Source: Vicinamibacteria bacterium
GTDB lineage: Bacteria > Acidobacteriota > Vicinamibacteria > Vicinamibacterales > JAENWD01
Reading direction: 5' to 3'
NCBI GenBank assembly: GCA_963697705.1
Contig: CAVOPA010000018.1
Span: 69,633 to 133,632 of the forward strand
Length of the DNA stretch: 64,000 bases
Shown here: positions 38,155-47,585 of the stretch, piece by piece
How positions within the stretch are numbered: position 1 is the stretch's first letter
How the letters are laid out: every line of letters begins with the position of its first letter
Made by a program: the position numbers and the translations under genes
The notes under the pieces: generated by a model
Databases searched by the model: none
What the model was told of the DNA's origin: nothing
The model's input: only the letters and a program-made list of their open reading frames with translations

Positions 38155-39999
38155 TTGCGCTATCCTGCCCGGTTGCTCGCGTTGTGCACGGTCCTGGCGA
38201 GTGCGGCCGTCCCGGCCTGTGGTGGCGGCAATGGAGGCGGCTCGCCCACAACGCCGCCGTCCACACCGCCACCGGTCACGACGAACCCATGCCTGACTGC
38301 CGCGCTCGACGCGTCTGATCAACCCGAGGCGGTCGCCGCCAACCACAGTGCGGCTGCGGAGGTGAAGCGGCGCGGACGCGGGCTGGACGGGGATCCGCGC
38401 GGGCGCGTGTTCGACAGCCTGTGGCAGCACGCAGCATCGGCGCCCACCCGGGCACTCTTCACACCGCCTGCGCGCGCGGCGACCGAGGATATCGGCGACG
38501 TCGCGGTCATCCAGGACGCCGGCGATCTCCTCACCCCGCCGAATCCGTTCGACCTGAAGGGGCTCGGCCTCCGCTTCACGCGCAACGGCTCGAGCTACGA
38601 CGTGAGCCGCGTCGAGTCGGGCTTCCGTCCCAGCCTCGGCTCGCGAATCGAGCTCGAAGACGACGACAGCATGTCGTTTTCCCTGCCGTTCTCTTTCCCC
38701 ATGTACGGCAAGGCGCAGGCCCGTGCGTTCGTCAACTCCGACGGCAACATCACCTTCGAGGAGGAGGACCGCGCGAGCAGCGAGCGCAACGTCTCGCGGG
38801 TGATGACGGGCCCGCCGCGCGTGGCGCCGTTCTTTGCCGATCTCGATCCGACGACGGGTACCGGCCGCATCTTCGTGCAGAACGTGGCCGACGCGTTCAC
38901 GGTGACGTGGTGCACGGTCCGCGGTTTCGACAAGGATCAGACCGTCACGGTGCAGGCCAGCCTGCTCCCGAACGGCGACGTTGAAATGAAGTACGGGCAG
39001 GCCATCGACCTGACCCAGGCGGTGGTGGCGCTGTCACCTGGCCGGGCGGGCCAGTTCAGCACGCTCGATCTCAGCGTCTCGGCCGGGCTCGCCGGCGGCG
39101 ACGCGGCGCTCGGCGAGCGCTTCTCGAGCACGATCGATCTGGATCTCGTGGCGACGGCCCGCAAGTTCTACCAGTCGCATCCCGACAGCTACGATCAGCT
39201 GGTGCTGTGGACCGACGTCGCGGTGACCGATGACGCGTTCGCATTCGAGACCTCGGTCGCGAACGAGATCCGCGGCCTGGGCCTCGACATCTTCGATCAG
39301 TCGCGCGCGTTTGGCAGCACCGGCGGACGCCTGCGCAGCATCGTGATGATGGACACACTGGGGAAGTACCCTGCCGATCCCCTGACCCGTTTTCTCGGCG
39401 AAAACAACACGGTCAGCCTGCTGGGGCAGGAATCGGGTCACCGGTGGCTTGCCTTCCTGAAGTTCCGCGATCACAACGGGCAGGTATCGGAGGAACTGCT
39501 CGGGCGTGACCAGGCGCACTGGAGTTTCTTCATGGATTCGGACGCGTCGGTGATGGAAGGCAACGACATCGAAGACCTGGGTGGCGGAGCGTTCCGCACC
39601 GTGGCGACCGTGCAGCGCTACAGCCGGCTCGATCAGTACGCCATGGGCTACGTGAAAGAGTCGGAAGTGCCGGACTTCTTCTACGTCGAGAACCCGACGA
39701 ACGTTGTGCCCCCCCGAGAGCGGGAGGACGCCCCGCGTACGGGTGTGACCTTCAACGGCACCAAGCGAACGGTGCTGATCGAGGACGTCGTCGCCGCGAT
39801 GGGGCAGCGTGACCCGGCGGCGGGACAAGCCGCACGCGTGCACCGGCAGGCGTTCATCTTCGTCCTGTCGAATGGCCACACGCTCGATCCCGCGCAAGCC
39901 GCCAAGATCGACCTGATCCGGCGGCAGTGGGAGACGTTTTTCTCGCGGGCGGTCGATAAACGGGCCCGCGTCGAGACCCGCTTGCGGCCGCCGTCGTGA
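38155..39999 (+). CDS. Large hypothetical lipoprotein
   Basis: Lipobox SAAVPAC and a Gly/Pro/Thr linker. The ..RAFVNSDGNITFEEED.. segment is reminiscent of NIDO-type domains. LLGQESGHRW..DQAHWSFFMDSDASVMEGN is a degenerate zincin-like motif. TTG start. Confidence 0.7.
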   Translation: MRYPARLLALCTVLASAAVPACGGGNGGGSPTTPPSTPPPVTTNPCLTAALDASDQPEAVAANHSAAAEVKRRGRGLDGDPRGRVFDSLWQHAASAPTRALFTPPARAATEDIGDVAVIQDAGDLLTPPNPFDLKGLGLRFTRNGSSYDVSRVESGFRPSLGSRIELEDDDSMSFSLPFSFPMYGKAQARAFVNSDGNITFEEEDRASSERNVSRVMTGPPRVAPFFADLDPTTGTGRIFVQNVADAFTVTWCTVRGFDKDQTVTVQASLLPNGDVEMKYGQAIDLTQAVVALSPGRAGQFSTLDLSVSAGLAGGDAALGERFSSTIDLDLVATARKFYQSHPDSYDQLVLWTDVAVTDDAFAFETSVANEIRGLGLDIFDQSRAFGSTGGRLRSIVMMDTLGKYPADPLTRFLGENNTVSLLGQESGHRWLAFLKFRDHNGQVSEELLGRDQAHWSFFMDSDASVMEGNDIEDLGGGAFRTVATVQRYSRLDQYAMGYVKESEVPDFFYVENPTNVVPPREREDAPRTGVTFNGTKRTVLIEDVVAAMGQRDPAAGQAARVHRQAFIFVLSNGHTLDPAQAAKIDLIRRQWETFFSRAVDKRARVETRLRPPS

Positions 40000-42464
40000 G
40001 CCGCACGGCCATGCGTCTGCTCTTCCGAACCGCTGGTGCGGTGATCCCCGCCGCCCTGCTGACGTCGATCCCGCTGCTCGCCCAATCCGGCGCACCCGCT
40101 CGCCCGGCCAACGTGGGTCGCCCCCGTGCGGCGGCGGCGACTGCTCAGCGCCTCGACCGGCTGGGGCCGCTCATCGCCGACGCGATCGCCGAGCATCGGT
40201 TGCCGGGAGCGGTCGTCGCCGTCGGTCGCCCTGCCGGCGTCTTCTACGAGAAAGCATTTGGCCAACGCGCCCTCACCCCCGCGCGCGAGGCGATGACGAC
40301 CGACACCATCTTCGATGTCGCATCCTTGACGAAGGTGGTGGCGACGACCACATCGGTCATGATGCTGCTCGAGCAAGGCCGTATCGGGCTCGACGACGCG
40401 GTTGTCGCCCACATCCCGGAGTTCGGCCGCTACGGCAAACAGCGCATCACCATCCGGCACTTGCTGACCCACGTCTCGGGCCTGCGCGGCGACCTCGATC
40501 TGGAACTGGAGTTCGCAGGCCCGGAGGCCGCGATTCGGCTCGCCAGCGAGGAAGTGCCGGTTGCTGCGCCAGGGCAGCGATTCATTTACAGCGACATCAA
40601 CTTCTTTCTGCTCGGGGAGATCGTCGCGCGCGTGAGCGGTGAGCGCCTCGACGCGTTTGCGCGCACGCACATCTTCGAGCCGCTCGGGATGCGCGACACG
40701 ATGTTTCTACCGCCCGCCGCGCTGCGTCCCAGGATCGCGCCAACGGAACCCTGCCGACCGCTGGCGTGGCCGTGCGGCGGACCTGATGCGACGATGCTGC
40801 GCGGCGTCGTGCACGACCCGACGGCACGGCGCATGGGTGGCGTTGCCGGCCATGCAGGCCTGTTCAGCACCGCTGCAGACCTGTCGCGCTTCTGCCGCAT
40901 GTTGCTGAACGGCGGGACACTCGACGGCGTGCGCCTGCTGTCGCCGCTCACGGTGGCGCTGATGACGCGGCCGGCGACGCCGGCGGCGCTCGGCCAGGCG
41001 CGCGGGCTCGGCTGGGACATCGACACGCGGTTCGCAGTCAACCGGGGGGCACTCTTTCCGATCGGCTCGTTCGGGCACACCGGGTGGACCGGGCCATCGC
41101 TCTGGATCGACCCCATCACCCGCACGTTCGTCATTTTCCTCGCGAACCGCGTGCACCCGGACGGGAAAGGGGATGTGGTGAAGCTGCGCGGCCGCATCGC
41201 CACCGTTGTCGCGGCCGCGCTCGCGGATGCGGCGCCGCCACCCGGCGTGCGTCTCGTGGGAGGTGACTTCGGCGCGAACCCTGCGGTGGTGCCGCCCCCG
41301 CGCACCACGGCACCCGTACTGAACGGCATCGACGTGCTCAGCGCTGACCAGTTCGCCATCCTGCGCGGCAAGCGCGTCGGGCTCGTCACCAATCACACGG
41401 GGCGAGCGCGCGACGGCTCGAGCACGATCGACGTGCTGCGGGCGGCGCCCGGCGTCACCCTGGTATCGCTCTTCAGTCCGGAGCACGGCATTCGCGGCAT
41501 CCTCGACGCGGCGATTGCGTCGGCGCGCGACGAGAAGACGGGCCTGCCGATTTACTCGCTGTACGGCGACACGCGGCGGCCGACCGCCGAGATGCTCTCG
41601 GGGCTCGACGCAATCGTGATCGACCTGCAGGACATCGGCGCGAGGTTCTACACCTACATGACGACGACCGCGTACGTCATCGAGGAAGCAGCGAAGCGGA
41701 ACATTGCCGTCGTGGTGCTCGACCGTCCCAACCCGGTCAACGGCTTCGATATCGAGGGCCCGCTGCAGGACGAGGCCGCGCAGGGCTTCATCGCGTACTT
41801 CCCGATGCCCGTTCGCCATGGGATGACGCTCGGCGAACTGGCGCGCCTGTTCAACGGCGAAAACAAGATCGGGGCGGCGCTGACCGTGGTGCCGATGAAG
41901 AACTGGTCGCGCGATCAGTGGTTCGACGCGACCGGGATCGAGTGGGTCAACCCATCACCGAACATGCGAAACCTGAACGAGGCAACGTTGTATCCGGGAA
42001 TCGGCGCCATCGAATACTCCAATCTGTCGGTCGGCCGTGGCACGGACACGCCGTTCGAGCAGGTGGGGGCGCCGTGGATCGATGGGCCGCGGCTCGCCGA
42101 GGCGCTGAACGCGCGGCACCTGCCAGGCGTACGCGTCTATCCGACGACCTTCACGCCATCCGCCAGCAAGTACGCGGGCGAAGTCTGCCGCGGCGTCTTT
42201 CTGATCGTCACCGATCGCGACGCGATCCGGCCCGTTCGCCTGGGCCTCGAACTGCTCGCCGCGGTCGCCCGCCTGCACGGCGCGAAGCTCGACATGGCCG
42301 ACACGTGGCGCCTGTACGGCTCCCGCGAGCAGCTCGCGGCGGTGCAGAACGGCAGCGATCCAGCGACCGTCAGCGAAACGTGGGCAGTCGGTGAGGCCAA
42401 GTGGCGCGAACGCCGGGCGAAGTACTTGCTGTACGGGGCTGACCCGTTAACCGTTAACCGTTGA
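39996..42464 (+). CDS. Fusion of a serine beta-lactamase-fold hydrolase (AmiE/EstB-like) with a DUF1343/NamZ-like exo-muramidase domain
   Basis: N-half: FDVASLTKVV (SxxK), YSDINF, HTGWTG. C-half: NGIDVL..GKRVGLVTNHTG..LFSPEHGIRG..IVIDLQDIGARFYTY..VVLDRPNP. GTGA overlap with the upstream gene. The stop lies inside a heptamer array. Confidence 0.85.
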   Translation: MSRTAMRLLFRTAGAVIPAALLTSIPLLAQSGAPARPANVGRPRAAAATAQRLDRLGPLIADAIAEHRLPGAVVAVGRPAGVFYEKAFGQRALTPAREAMTTDTIFDVASLTKVVATTTSVMMLLEQGRIGLDDAVVAHIPEFGRYGKQRITIRHLLTHVSGLRGDLDLELEFAGPEAAIRLASEEVPVAAPGQRFIYSDINFFLLGEIVARVSGERLDAFARTHIFEPLGMRDTMFLPPAALRPRIAPTEPCRPLAWPCGGPDATMLRGVVHDPTARRMGGVAGHAGLFSTAADLSRFCRMLLNGGTLDGVRLLSPLTVALMTRPATPAALGQARGLGWDIDTRFAVNRGALFPIGSFGHTGWTGPSLWIDPITRTFVIFLANRVHPDGKGDVVKLRGRIATVVAAALADAAPPPGVRLVGGDFGANPAVVPPPRTTAPVLNGIDVLSADQFAILRGKRVGLVTNHTGRARDGSSTIDVLRAAPGVTLVSLFSPEHGIRGILDAAIASARDEKTGLPIYSLYGDTRRPTAEMLSGLDAIVIDLQDIGARFYTYMTTTAYVIEEAAKRNIAVVVLDRPNPVNGFDIEGPLQDEAAQGFIAYFPMPVRHGMTLGELARLFNGENKIGAALTVVPMKNWSRDQWFDATGIEWVNPSPNMRNLNEATLYPGIGAIEYSNLSVGRGTDTPFEQVGAPWIDGPRLAEALNARHLPGVRVYPTTFTPSASKYAGEVCRGVFLIVTDRDAIRPVRLGLELLAAVARLHGAKLDMADTWRLYGSREQLAAVQNGSDPATVSETWAVGEAKWRERRAKYLLYGADPLTVNR

Positions 42465-42513
42465 CCGTTGACCGTTGACCGTTGACCGTTGACCGTTGAC
42501 CGTTGACCGTTGG
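42444..42513. repeat. Heptamer array CCGTTAA x2, CCGTTGA x7, CCGTTGG x1 (reverse complement of the CGGTCAA array at 19981)
   Basis: Read directly and confirmed by the track translations (..DPLTVNR* on plus, QRSTVNG repeats on minus). The TGA at 42462-42464 is part of the third unit. Confidence 0.9.
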
Positions 42514-42537
42514 TGGAGCCGCGACCTTTAGACTTCA

Positions 42538-42565
42538 CGGATAACGGATAACGGGTAACGGGTAA
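42538..42565. repeat. Heptamer array CGGATAA x2 + CGGGTAA x2
   Basis: Tandem units end 2 nt before the DUF420 stop codon (42568-42570). Confidence 0.8.
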
Positions 42566-42567
42566 CG

Positions 42568-42978
42568 TCAGTAGAGTTGATACAACATGACATAGATAAC
42601 GACCCCCGTCACCGACACGTACATCCACACGGGGTACGTCCATCGCGCGATCCGGCGATGGCGCACGTAGTCGCCGCGTACCGCGCGCCGGAGCGTCACC
42701 AGCGCCAGCGGCACGATTGCGGCGGCGAGCACGACGTGGGTGACCAGGATAGTGAAGTAGATCGGGCGCACGGCGCCGTGGCCGGGGAACGGCCGTGAGC
42801 CGGCCTGCGCGTGATAGACGACGTACGAGACGAGAAACAGGCAGGACGTCACGAAGGCTGCGACCATGCAGCGCCTGTGCACGGCGATGCGCCGGCGGCG
42901 AATCATCAGCCAGCCGGCGAGCAGCAGGATACCCGATGTCGCGTTGAGGGTCGCGTTCAGCGCCGGCAGGGCCGACAT
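42568..42978 (-). CDS. DUF420-family membrane protein (CtaM-like, cytochrome oxidase-associated)
   Basis: MSALPALNATLNATSGILLLAG..HRRCM..YFTILVTHVVLAA..HRRIARWTYPVWMYVSVTGVVIY. 136 aa from ATG 42978. Confidence 0.8.
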   Translation of the reverse strand: MSALPALNATLNATSGILLLAGWLMIRRRRIAVHRRCMVAAFVTSCLFLVSYVVYHAQAGSRPFPGHGAVRPIYFTILVTHVVLAAAIVPLALVTLRRAVRGDYVRHRRIARWTYPVWMYVSVTGVVIYVMLYQLY

Positions 42979-43000
42979 GCTCACGCGCCTGTCCTCCCGA

Positions 43001-43771
43001 TCATGCGGCGCTCCGATCGGCGCGCACATACCACGCGCCGAGGCCGAGCAGCGCCGCGCCGAACACGCCCACCACGAGCACGCTCACCACCAGTGACGGC
43101 TCGCCCGCGGATGCGTGCCCGTAGATCGTGTGCCTCAGGGCGGAGACGCCGTACGTGAGCGGGTTGATCCACATCAGCGCCGCGACCCATCCGGAGGCGC
43201 CGCTCGCCGGGAACAGCGCGCCTGACAGCATCCACATCGGCACGAGGAACAGGTTCATGATCGCGTGGAATCCCTGCGTCGATTCGAGCGTCCAGGCAAT
43301 CAGGAAGCCCAGGCCTGAGAGCGCGAACGCGAGCAGCGCCAGAATGAGGACCAGGGAGACGAGGGTGACGGCGCTCAAGCCGCCGTACACGAGCGGCGCG
43401 ACGAGCAGGAAAATTGCCGCCTGAAGCAGCGCGAGCGTTGCGCTGCCCAGCACCTTGCCGAGGACGATCGCCACACGCGGCACGGGAGCGACCAGCACAC
43501 CCTGCAGGAAGCCCTCTTGCCTGTCTTCGATCACCGAGACGGTCGAAAAGATGGCCGTGAACAGGACGATCAGGGCCAGCGTGCCCGGATAGAAGTACTC
43601 GAGGTATCCGCCCCGCAGCGAACCCTCGCCTCTGAACGAACGCCCTAGTCCCGATCCGAGCAGCAGCCAGAACAGCAGCGGCGACCCGAGCGCGCCGACC
43701 AGCCGGCTCGGTTGCCGGTAGAACCGGACGATCTCGCGCGTCCACAGGGTCCAGGCCGCGAGCAGCATCAC
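43001..43771 (-). CDS. ABC-2 type transporter permease
   Basis: 256 aa, 6 TM. 4-nt overlap with the ATPase gene. Confidence 0.85.
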   Translation of the reverse strand: MMLLAAWTLWTREIVRFYRQPSRLVGALGSPLLFWLLLGSGLGRSFRGEGSLRGGYLEYFYPGTLALIVLFTAIFSTVSVIEDRQEGFLQGVLVAPVPRVAIVLGKVLGSATLALLQAAIFLLVAPLVYGGLSAVTLVSLVLILALLAFALSGLGFLIAWTLESTQGFHAIMNLFLVPMWMLSGALFPASGASGWVAALMWINPLTYGVSALRHTIYGHASAGEPSLVVSVLVVGVFGAALLGLGAWYVRADRSAA

Positions 43772-44736
43772 TCGAACCGGCGGCCGGTGTGGTGCACGAA
43801 CACGTCGTGCAGCGTGGGGCGGCTGAAGCGCACCGATCGCACGTCCCCCGGAAAGGCGTCGATCACCTGGGCAATGAACTCGTGGGCGCGATCGCGCTCA
43901 ATCCGGACAGCGCCATCCACGACGGCCGCGGGCAGCGCGAACCGCTCTCGAACGCGCGCGGCGAGTTGATCGGCGCGGTCGGTCTCGATGGTGATGATGT
44001 CGCCGCCGAGGGCGGCCGTGAGATCACGCGGGCGCCCCGAGACCACGATCTGGCCGCCGTCGAGGATGGCCACGCGGTCGCAGGTCTCCGCTTCGTCCAT
44101 CAAGTGCGTGGTGAGCACGATCGTGGTGCCGTGCGTCTCGCGCAACCGGCGCAGGTCGCGCCAGAGGTCCCCGCGCGCGCCCGGATCGAGACCCGTGGTC
44201 GGCTCGTCGAGCAGGAGGAGTCTCGGCCCCGGCAGCAGGGCCTTGGCGATCTCCGCCCGGCGCGCGAGCCCGCCCGAAAGTGTCAGCACGCGGTCGTCCG
44301 CGCGGTCCGACAGCCGAACAGAGGTCAGTGCCGCGTCGATCCCACGTGCCAGCGGCCGCCCGCGGATGCCGTACAGATGGCCGTGGTGACGGAGGTTCTC
44401 GCGGACCGTCAGCCGTTTGTCGAGCGCGGGAGACTGGAACACGACCCCGAGCAGGCGGCGCACGGCCGCGCCGTCTCTCCCTACGTCCGCGCCGAAAACG
44501 CTGACGCGGCCACTGCGTGGAGCGACCAGCGTCGCGACGATCCGGAACAGCGTTGTCTTGCCGCCGCCGTTCGGCCCGAGCAGCGCGAACATCTCTCCTC
44601 CATCCACGGTCAGGCTCACGTCCTCGAGCGCGACGCGATCGCCGTACGCATGGTGGAGGTGGGCCACATCGAGCGCCGGCGCGCCGGATACTGCCGCAGG
44701 CGGAATCGGTACGGCGGTCTCAGGTGCGGTCGGCAA
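43768..44736 (-). CDS. ABC transporter ATP-binding protein
   Basis: GPNGGGKTTLF, LSGGLARRAEIAKAL, LLLLDEPTTGLD. Confidence 0.9.
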   Translation of the reverse strand: MPTAPETAVPIPPAAVSGAPALDVAHLHHAYGDRVALEDVSLTVDGGEMFALLGPNGGGKTTLFRIVATLVAPRSGRVSVFGADVGRDGAAVRRLLGVVFQSPALDKRLTVRENLRHHGHLYGIRGRPLARGIDAALTSVRLSDRADDRVLTLSGGLARRAEIAKALLPGPRLLLLDEPTTGLDPGARGDLWRDLRRLRETHGTTIVLTTHLMDEAETCDRVAILDGGQIVVSGRPRDLTAALGGDIITIETDRADQLAARVRERFALPAAVVDGAVRIERDRAHEFIAQVIDAFPGDVRSVRFSRPTLHDVFVHHTGRRFE

Positions 44737-45670
44737 GCATCAGCACCCAGAGCACCGGCAGGTAGAGCAGCGACGCGAAGAACAGCCGGCGCGCGTGCGT
44801 CGCGGTGCGTTGCCGGGCAAAGACAATCGCGAGCGCCAGCAGGCCCGAGCCGAGCACGAGCGCTCCGATCAGGTACAAGCCTCCCGCGAGACCGACGACC
44901 GTGGGGAGCAGCGTGACCGGGACGAGCACCGCCGCATAGCTGACCGTCTGACGCGACGTGCTCGCGCCGTCCGGCTCCTCGACCGGCAGCACGCGAATGC
45001 CGCCGCGGCCGTAGTCCTCGCGGTACATCCACGAGATCGCGAGCACGTGCGGCATCTGCCAGAAGAACACGATCGCAAACAGCACCCAGGCCTCGATCGA
45101 CAAACCTCCCGTTGCCGCCGCCCAGCCGATCATCGGCGGCAGTGCCCCGGGCACGGCGCCGATCACCGTGGCCAGCGACGTCCGGCTCTTGAGCGGCGTG
45201 TAGACGAGCGCATAGCTGGCGATGGTCGTGAACGCCACCAGCGCCGCGAGCAGGTTTGCGCCCCACGCGAGCTCGACCAGCCCGAGCCCCGCCAGGACGA
45301 GCGCGAACCAGCGGGCCTCGCCGATCCCGAGACGGCCGGCGGGGAGGGGGCGGGACTGCGTGCGGCGCATCAGCCGATCGCTGTCGCGCTCGAGCACCTG
45401 ATTCAGCGCCGCCGCACCGCCGGCCACGAGGGCGGTGCCGATCACCGTGTGCATCAGCATCACGATGTCGATCGGCCCGAAGGTCCCGAGATGGAACCCG
45501 ATGAGCGTCGTGATGAGGACGAGCAGGTTGACCCGCGGCTTGGTGAGCGCAAGGAAGTCGCTGTAGACGCGCCGCCGGGCATCGGGCACCGCGACGGGGA
45601 CGCTGCCGTCAACCGATGCGGTCTTCATGCGGGGCCGTGCGGCAGTCGGATGGGCTGGAACATCGATCAC
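44720..45670 (-). CDS. ctaB: Protoheme IX farnesyltransferase (heme O synthase)
   Basis: UbiA-fold polytopic protein. LALTKPRVNLLVL, ..NQVLERDSDRLMRRT.., ..WQMPHVLAISWMYREDY. The start could be ATG 45628. Confidence 0.9.
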   Translation of the reverse strand: MIDVPAHPTAARPRMKTASVDGSVPVAVPDARRRVYSDFLALTKPRVNLLVLITTLIGFHLGTFGPIDIVMLMHTVIGTALVAGGAAALNQVLERDSDRLMRRTQSRPLPAGRLGIGEARWFALVLAGLGLVELAWGANLLAALVAFTTIASYALVYTPLKSRTSLATVIGAVPGALPPMIGWAAATGGLSIEAWVLFAIVFFWQMPHVLAISWMYREDYGRGGIRVLPVEEPDGASTSRQTVSYAAVLVPVTLLPTVVGLAGGLYLIGALVLGSGLLALAIVFARQRTATHARRLFFASLLYLPVLWVLMLADRT

Positions 45671-45771
45671 GCGGGCGGTTCAAGCCGGGAGAGGATTGAA
45701 GGCGACGGTAGGTCTGATTATACCTCCCGGCCTGCCGAGCTTCGCGTGTGGCAGGAACCCACCCCAGCGTG

Positions 45772-47247
45772 TCAGCGCCGTCCCGAGCGAGCGCGTTCAC
45801 CACCGCGCCGCTGCGGCGGCGGGGCCGCTGCGCTCTCGGTGGGCGTAGACGCTGGCGTCGCCCCAGGTACCGCCTCGCGCACCTTGCGCAGCACGCGGTC
45901 CTCGATCCAATGCGGGTCCCACCACTCGACGGAGTTCACGGGATGTCCGGCGACGAGCATCGTGAAATGCAAGTGATCACCGCCGGCAAGGCCCGTCATG
46001 CCGCTGCGGCCGATCGTCTGCGCCTTGTGCACCGTGTCGCCCGGCTTCACGTCCATCGACGAGAGGTGGCCGTAGAGCGACTGCACGCCGAAGCCGTGGT
46101 CGATGATCACGCAGTTGCCGTAGATGCCGAGGTAATCGGCGTGCACGACGCGGCCGTCGTTCGCCGCGAGCACGGGGATCGCCGCGGTCACCGCGAGATC
46201 GAAGCCGAGGTGCACCTGCTGGTCGATCTCCTTGCTCTCGTACACGTACGTGCGGTGATCGGCGAACAGCGCCTCGACCTGGGAATTTCCGAGCTGCAGG
46301 AATGCGCCCTTCCAGAGCATCTGCGGCGCGGACTTGCCCGCGTAGGCGGCGATGGTCTCGGCGTTCTGCTTGCGCAGGTCGCGATTGATGGCGATAAACG
46401 ATCCGACCAGGTCGTTCGGATCCGGCACTTTGAAGGCAGGCGTGTTCTCCAGGATCGCCGGCACCACCCGCTGCAGGAACTGCGGTGACACCTCGATGCG
46501 GCTGCGCCGGAAGGTCCGGGCGAACACCTTCGCATCGAGCGGCGCCGTGGCCTGGTTGCCCGCATCGTCTTTCGCGAAGATGCTGATCGGCGTGTTCAGG
46601 TCCTGGTCGTAGAGCAGCGCGAAGAACGCCGCGAAGAGCGCCGGATCGGCGGCCACGCCAGCCCCCGACAGCGGATATCCGGGATACGTGAGATCGCCGA
46701 CGCGCACGCCCGACTGCACGCCGGCCGGCGTCGCGCGATAGACGACCATCTCGGCTCCGCCGTGGTTGACGAAGTGGTGCATCGACACGACCGACACGCG
46801 AGGCGGCTCGAGGCGGACCTGCACGTCGTGAGCAGCCGTGCTCGAGAGATGACGCAATCCGAACAAGGCTGTCCGCTCGGCGCTCACGCGGATCGTGGCC
46901 GTGCCGCTCTTCAAGTTCGGCACGTCCGTGCGGCCGATCTCGCGGGTGAGCCGGACGCGGTCCGGTGCGTCTTGTTTGAGTGCGGCCGGCGCCGTATGAG
47001 CCGTCGAGTACAGCGAGGTGCTCTGGCCGGCCTGCTCTATGGTCACGTCCAGCCGCGAGAGCGCGCCCTGGGGCGCCCCGACCGTGAGGTCGAGCACGCC
47101 GCGTTGTCCCATGAACTTGCCGGGTTGTTCGATGGTGATGACCGGCGCGCCACCGCGCCCGGCGTAGATCCAGGCGCCGCCAGCCGCGAGCAGGAGCACC
47201 AGAAGAAGACCAACCAGGATTCGCATGCGCGACCATGATAGCTGCAC
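45772..47247 (-). CDS. M23-family metallopeptidase (LytM-type) with an N-terminal membrane anchor
   Basis: HLGFDLA .. NDGRVVHADYLGIYGNCVIIDHGFGVQSLYGHLS .. GLAGGDHLHF. Confidence 0.88.
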   Translation of the reverse strand: MQLSWSRMRILVGLLLVLLLAAGGAWIYAGRGGAPVITIEQPGKFMGQRGVLDLTVGAPQGALSRLDVTIEQAGQSTSLYSTAHTAPAALKQDAPDRVRLTREIGRTDVPNLKSGTATIRVSAERTALFGLRHLSSTAAHDVQVRLEPPRVSVVSMHHFVNHGGAEMVVYRATPAGVQSGVRVGDLTYPGYPLSGAGVAADPALFAAFFALLYDQDLNTPISIFAKDDAGNQATAPLDAKVFARTFRRSRIEVSPQFLQRVVPAILENTPAFKVPDPNDLVGSFIAINRDLRKQNAETIAAYAGKSAPQMLWKGAFLQLGNSQVEALFADHRTYVYESKEIDQQVHLGFDLAVTAAIPVLAANDGRVVHADYLGIYGNCVIIDHGFGVQSLYGHLSSMDVKPGDTVHKAQTIGRSGMTGLAGGDHLHFTMLVAGHPVNSVEWWDPHWIEDRVLRKVREAVPGATPASTPTESAAAPPPQRRGGERARSGRR

Positions 47248-47405
47248 ATGCTCGGCGGTGAGCCAATTGGGGTCCGGCCGCCAGCGCCGCGCGGCCGGGG
47301 GGCGGGGGCGTGCCGGACGACGGCGCCTCGTCGCGTGCGCAACGCGAGCGATCGCCGGGTTGACGATCGGAGAGCGCGTTGGCTAAAATCGTGGTTTCCT
47401 GACGT

Positions 47406-47480
47406 GCCGGTATCGTCTAGGGGTCAGGACACGTGGTTCTCAGCCACGGGACCGGGGTTCGAATCCCCGTACCGGTACCA
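47406..47480 (+). tRNA. tRNA-Glu (anticodon CUC), CCA encoded
   Basis: Cloverleaf folded by hand: acceptor GCCGGTA/TACCGGT (G1-U72 wobble), D stem GTCT/GGAC, anticodon stem CGTGG/CCACG with loop TTCTCAG, T arm CGGGG-TTCGAAT-CCCCG. TAAAAT box about 20 nt upstream. Confidence 0.95.
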
Positions 47481-47561
47481 ACTTTCCAACCGCAAGCTGT
47501 CAGTGACTTCTGCGGTTTCTTGGCGGGATCTTCGCTTCGAGCGAAGCTCTGTTCGGTGGGA

Positions 47562-47585
47562 ACTTGAAAGATTCTTGAAACTTTG
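47562..47585 (+). repeat. 24-nt AT-rich direct repeat, copy 1 (ACTTGAAAGATTCTTGAAACTTTG)
   Basis: Identical to 50526-50549. Contains an internal CTTGAAA duplication. GC content is far below the surroundings. Confidence 0.8.
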
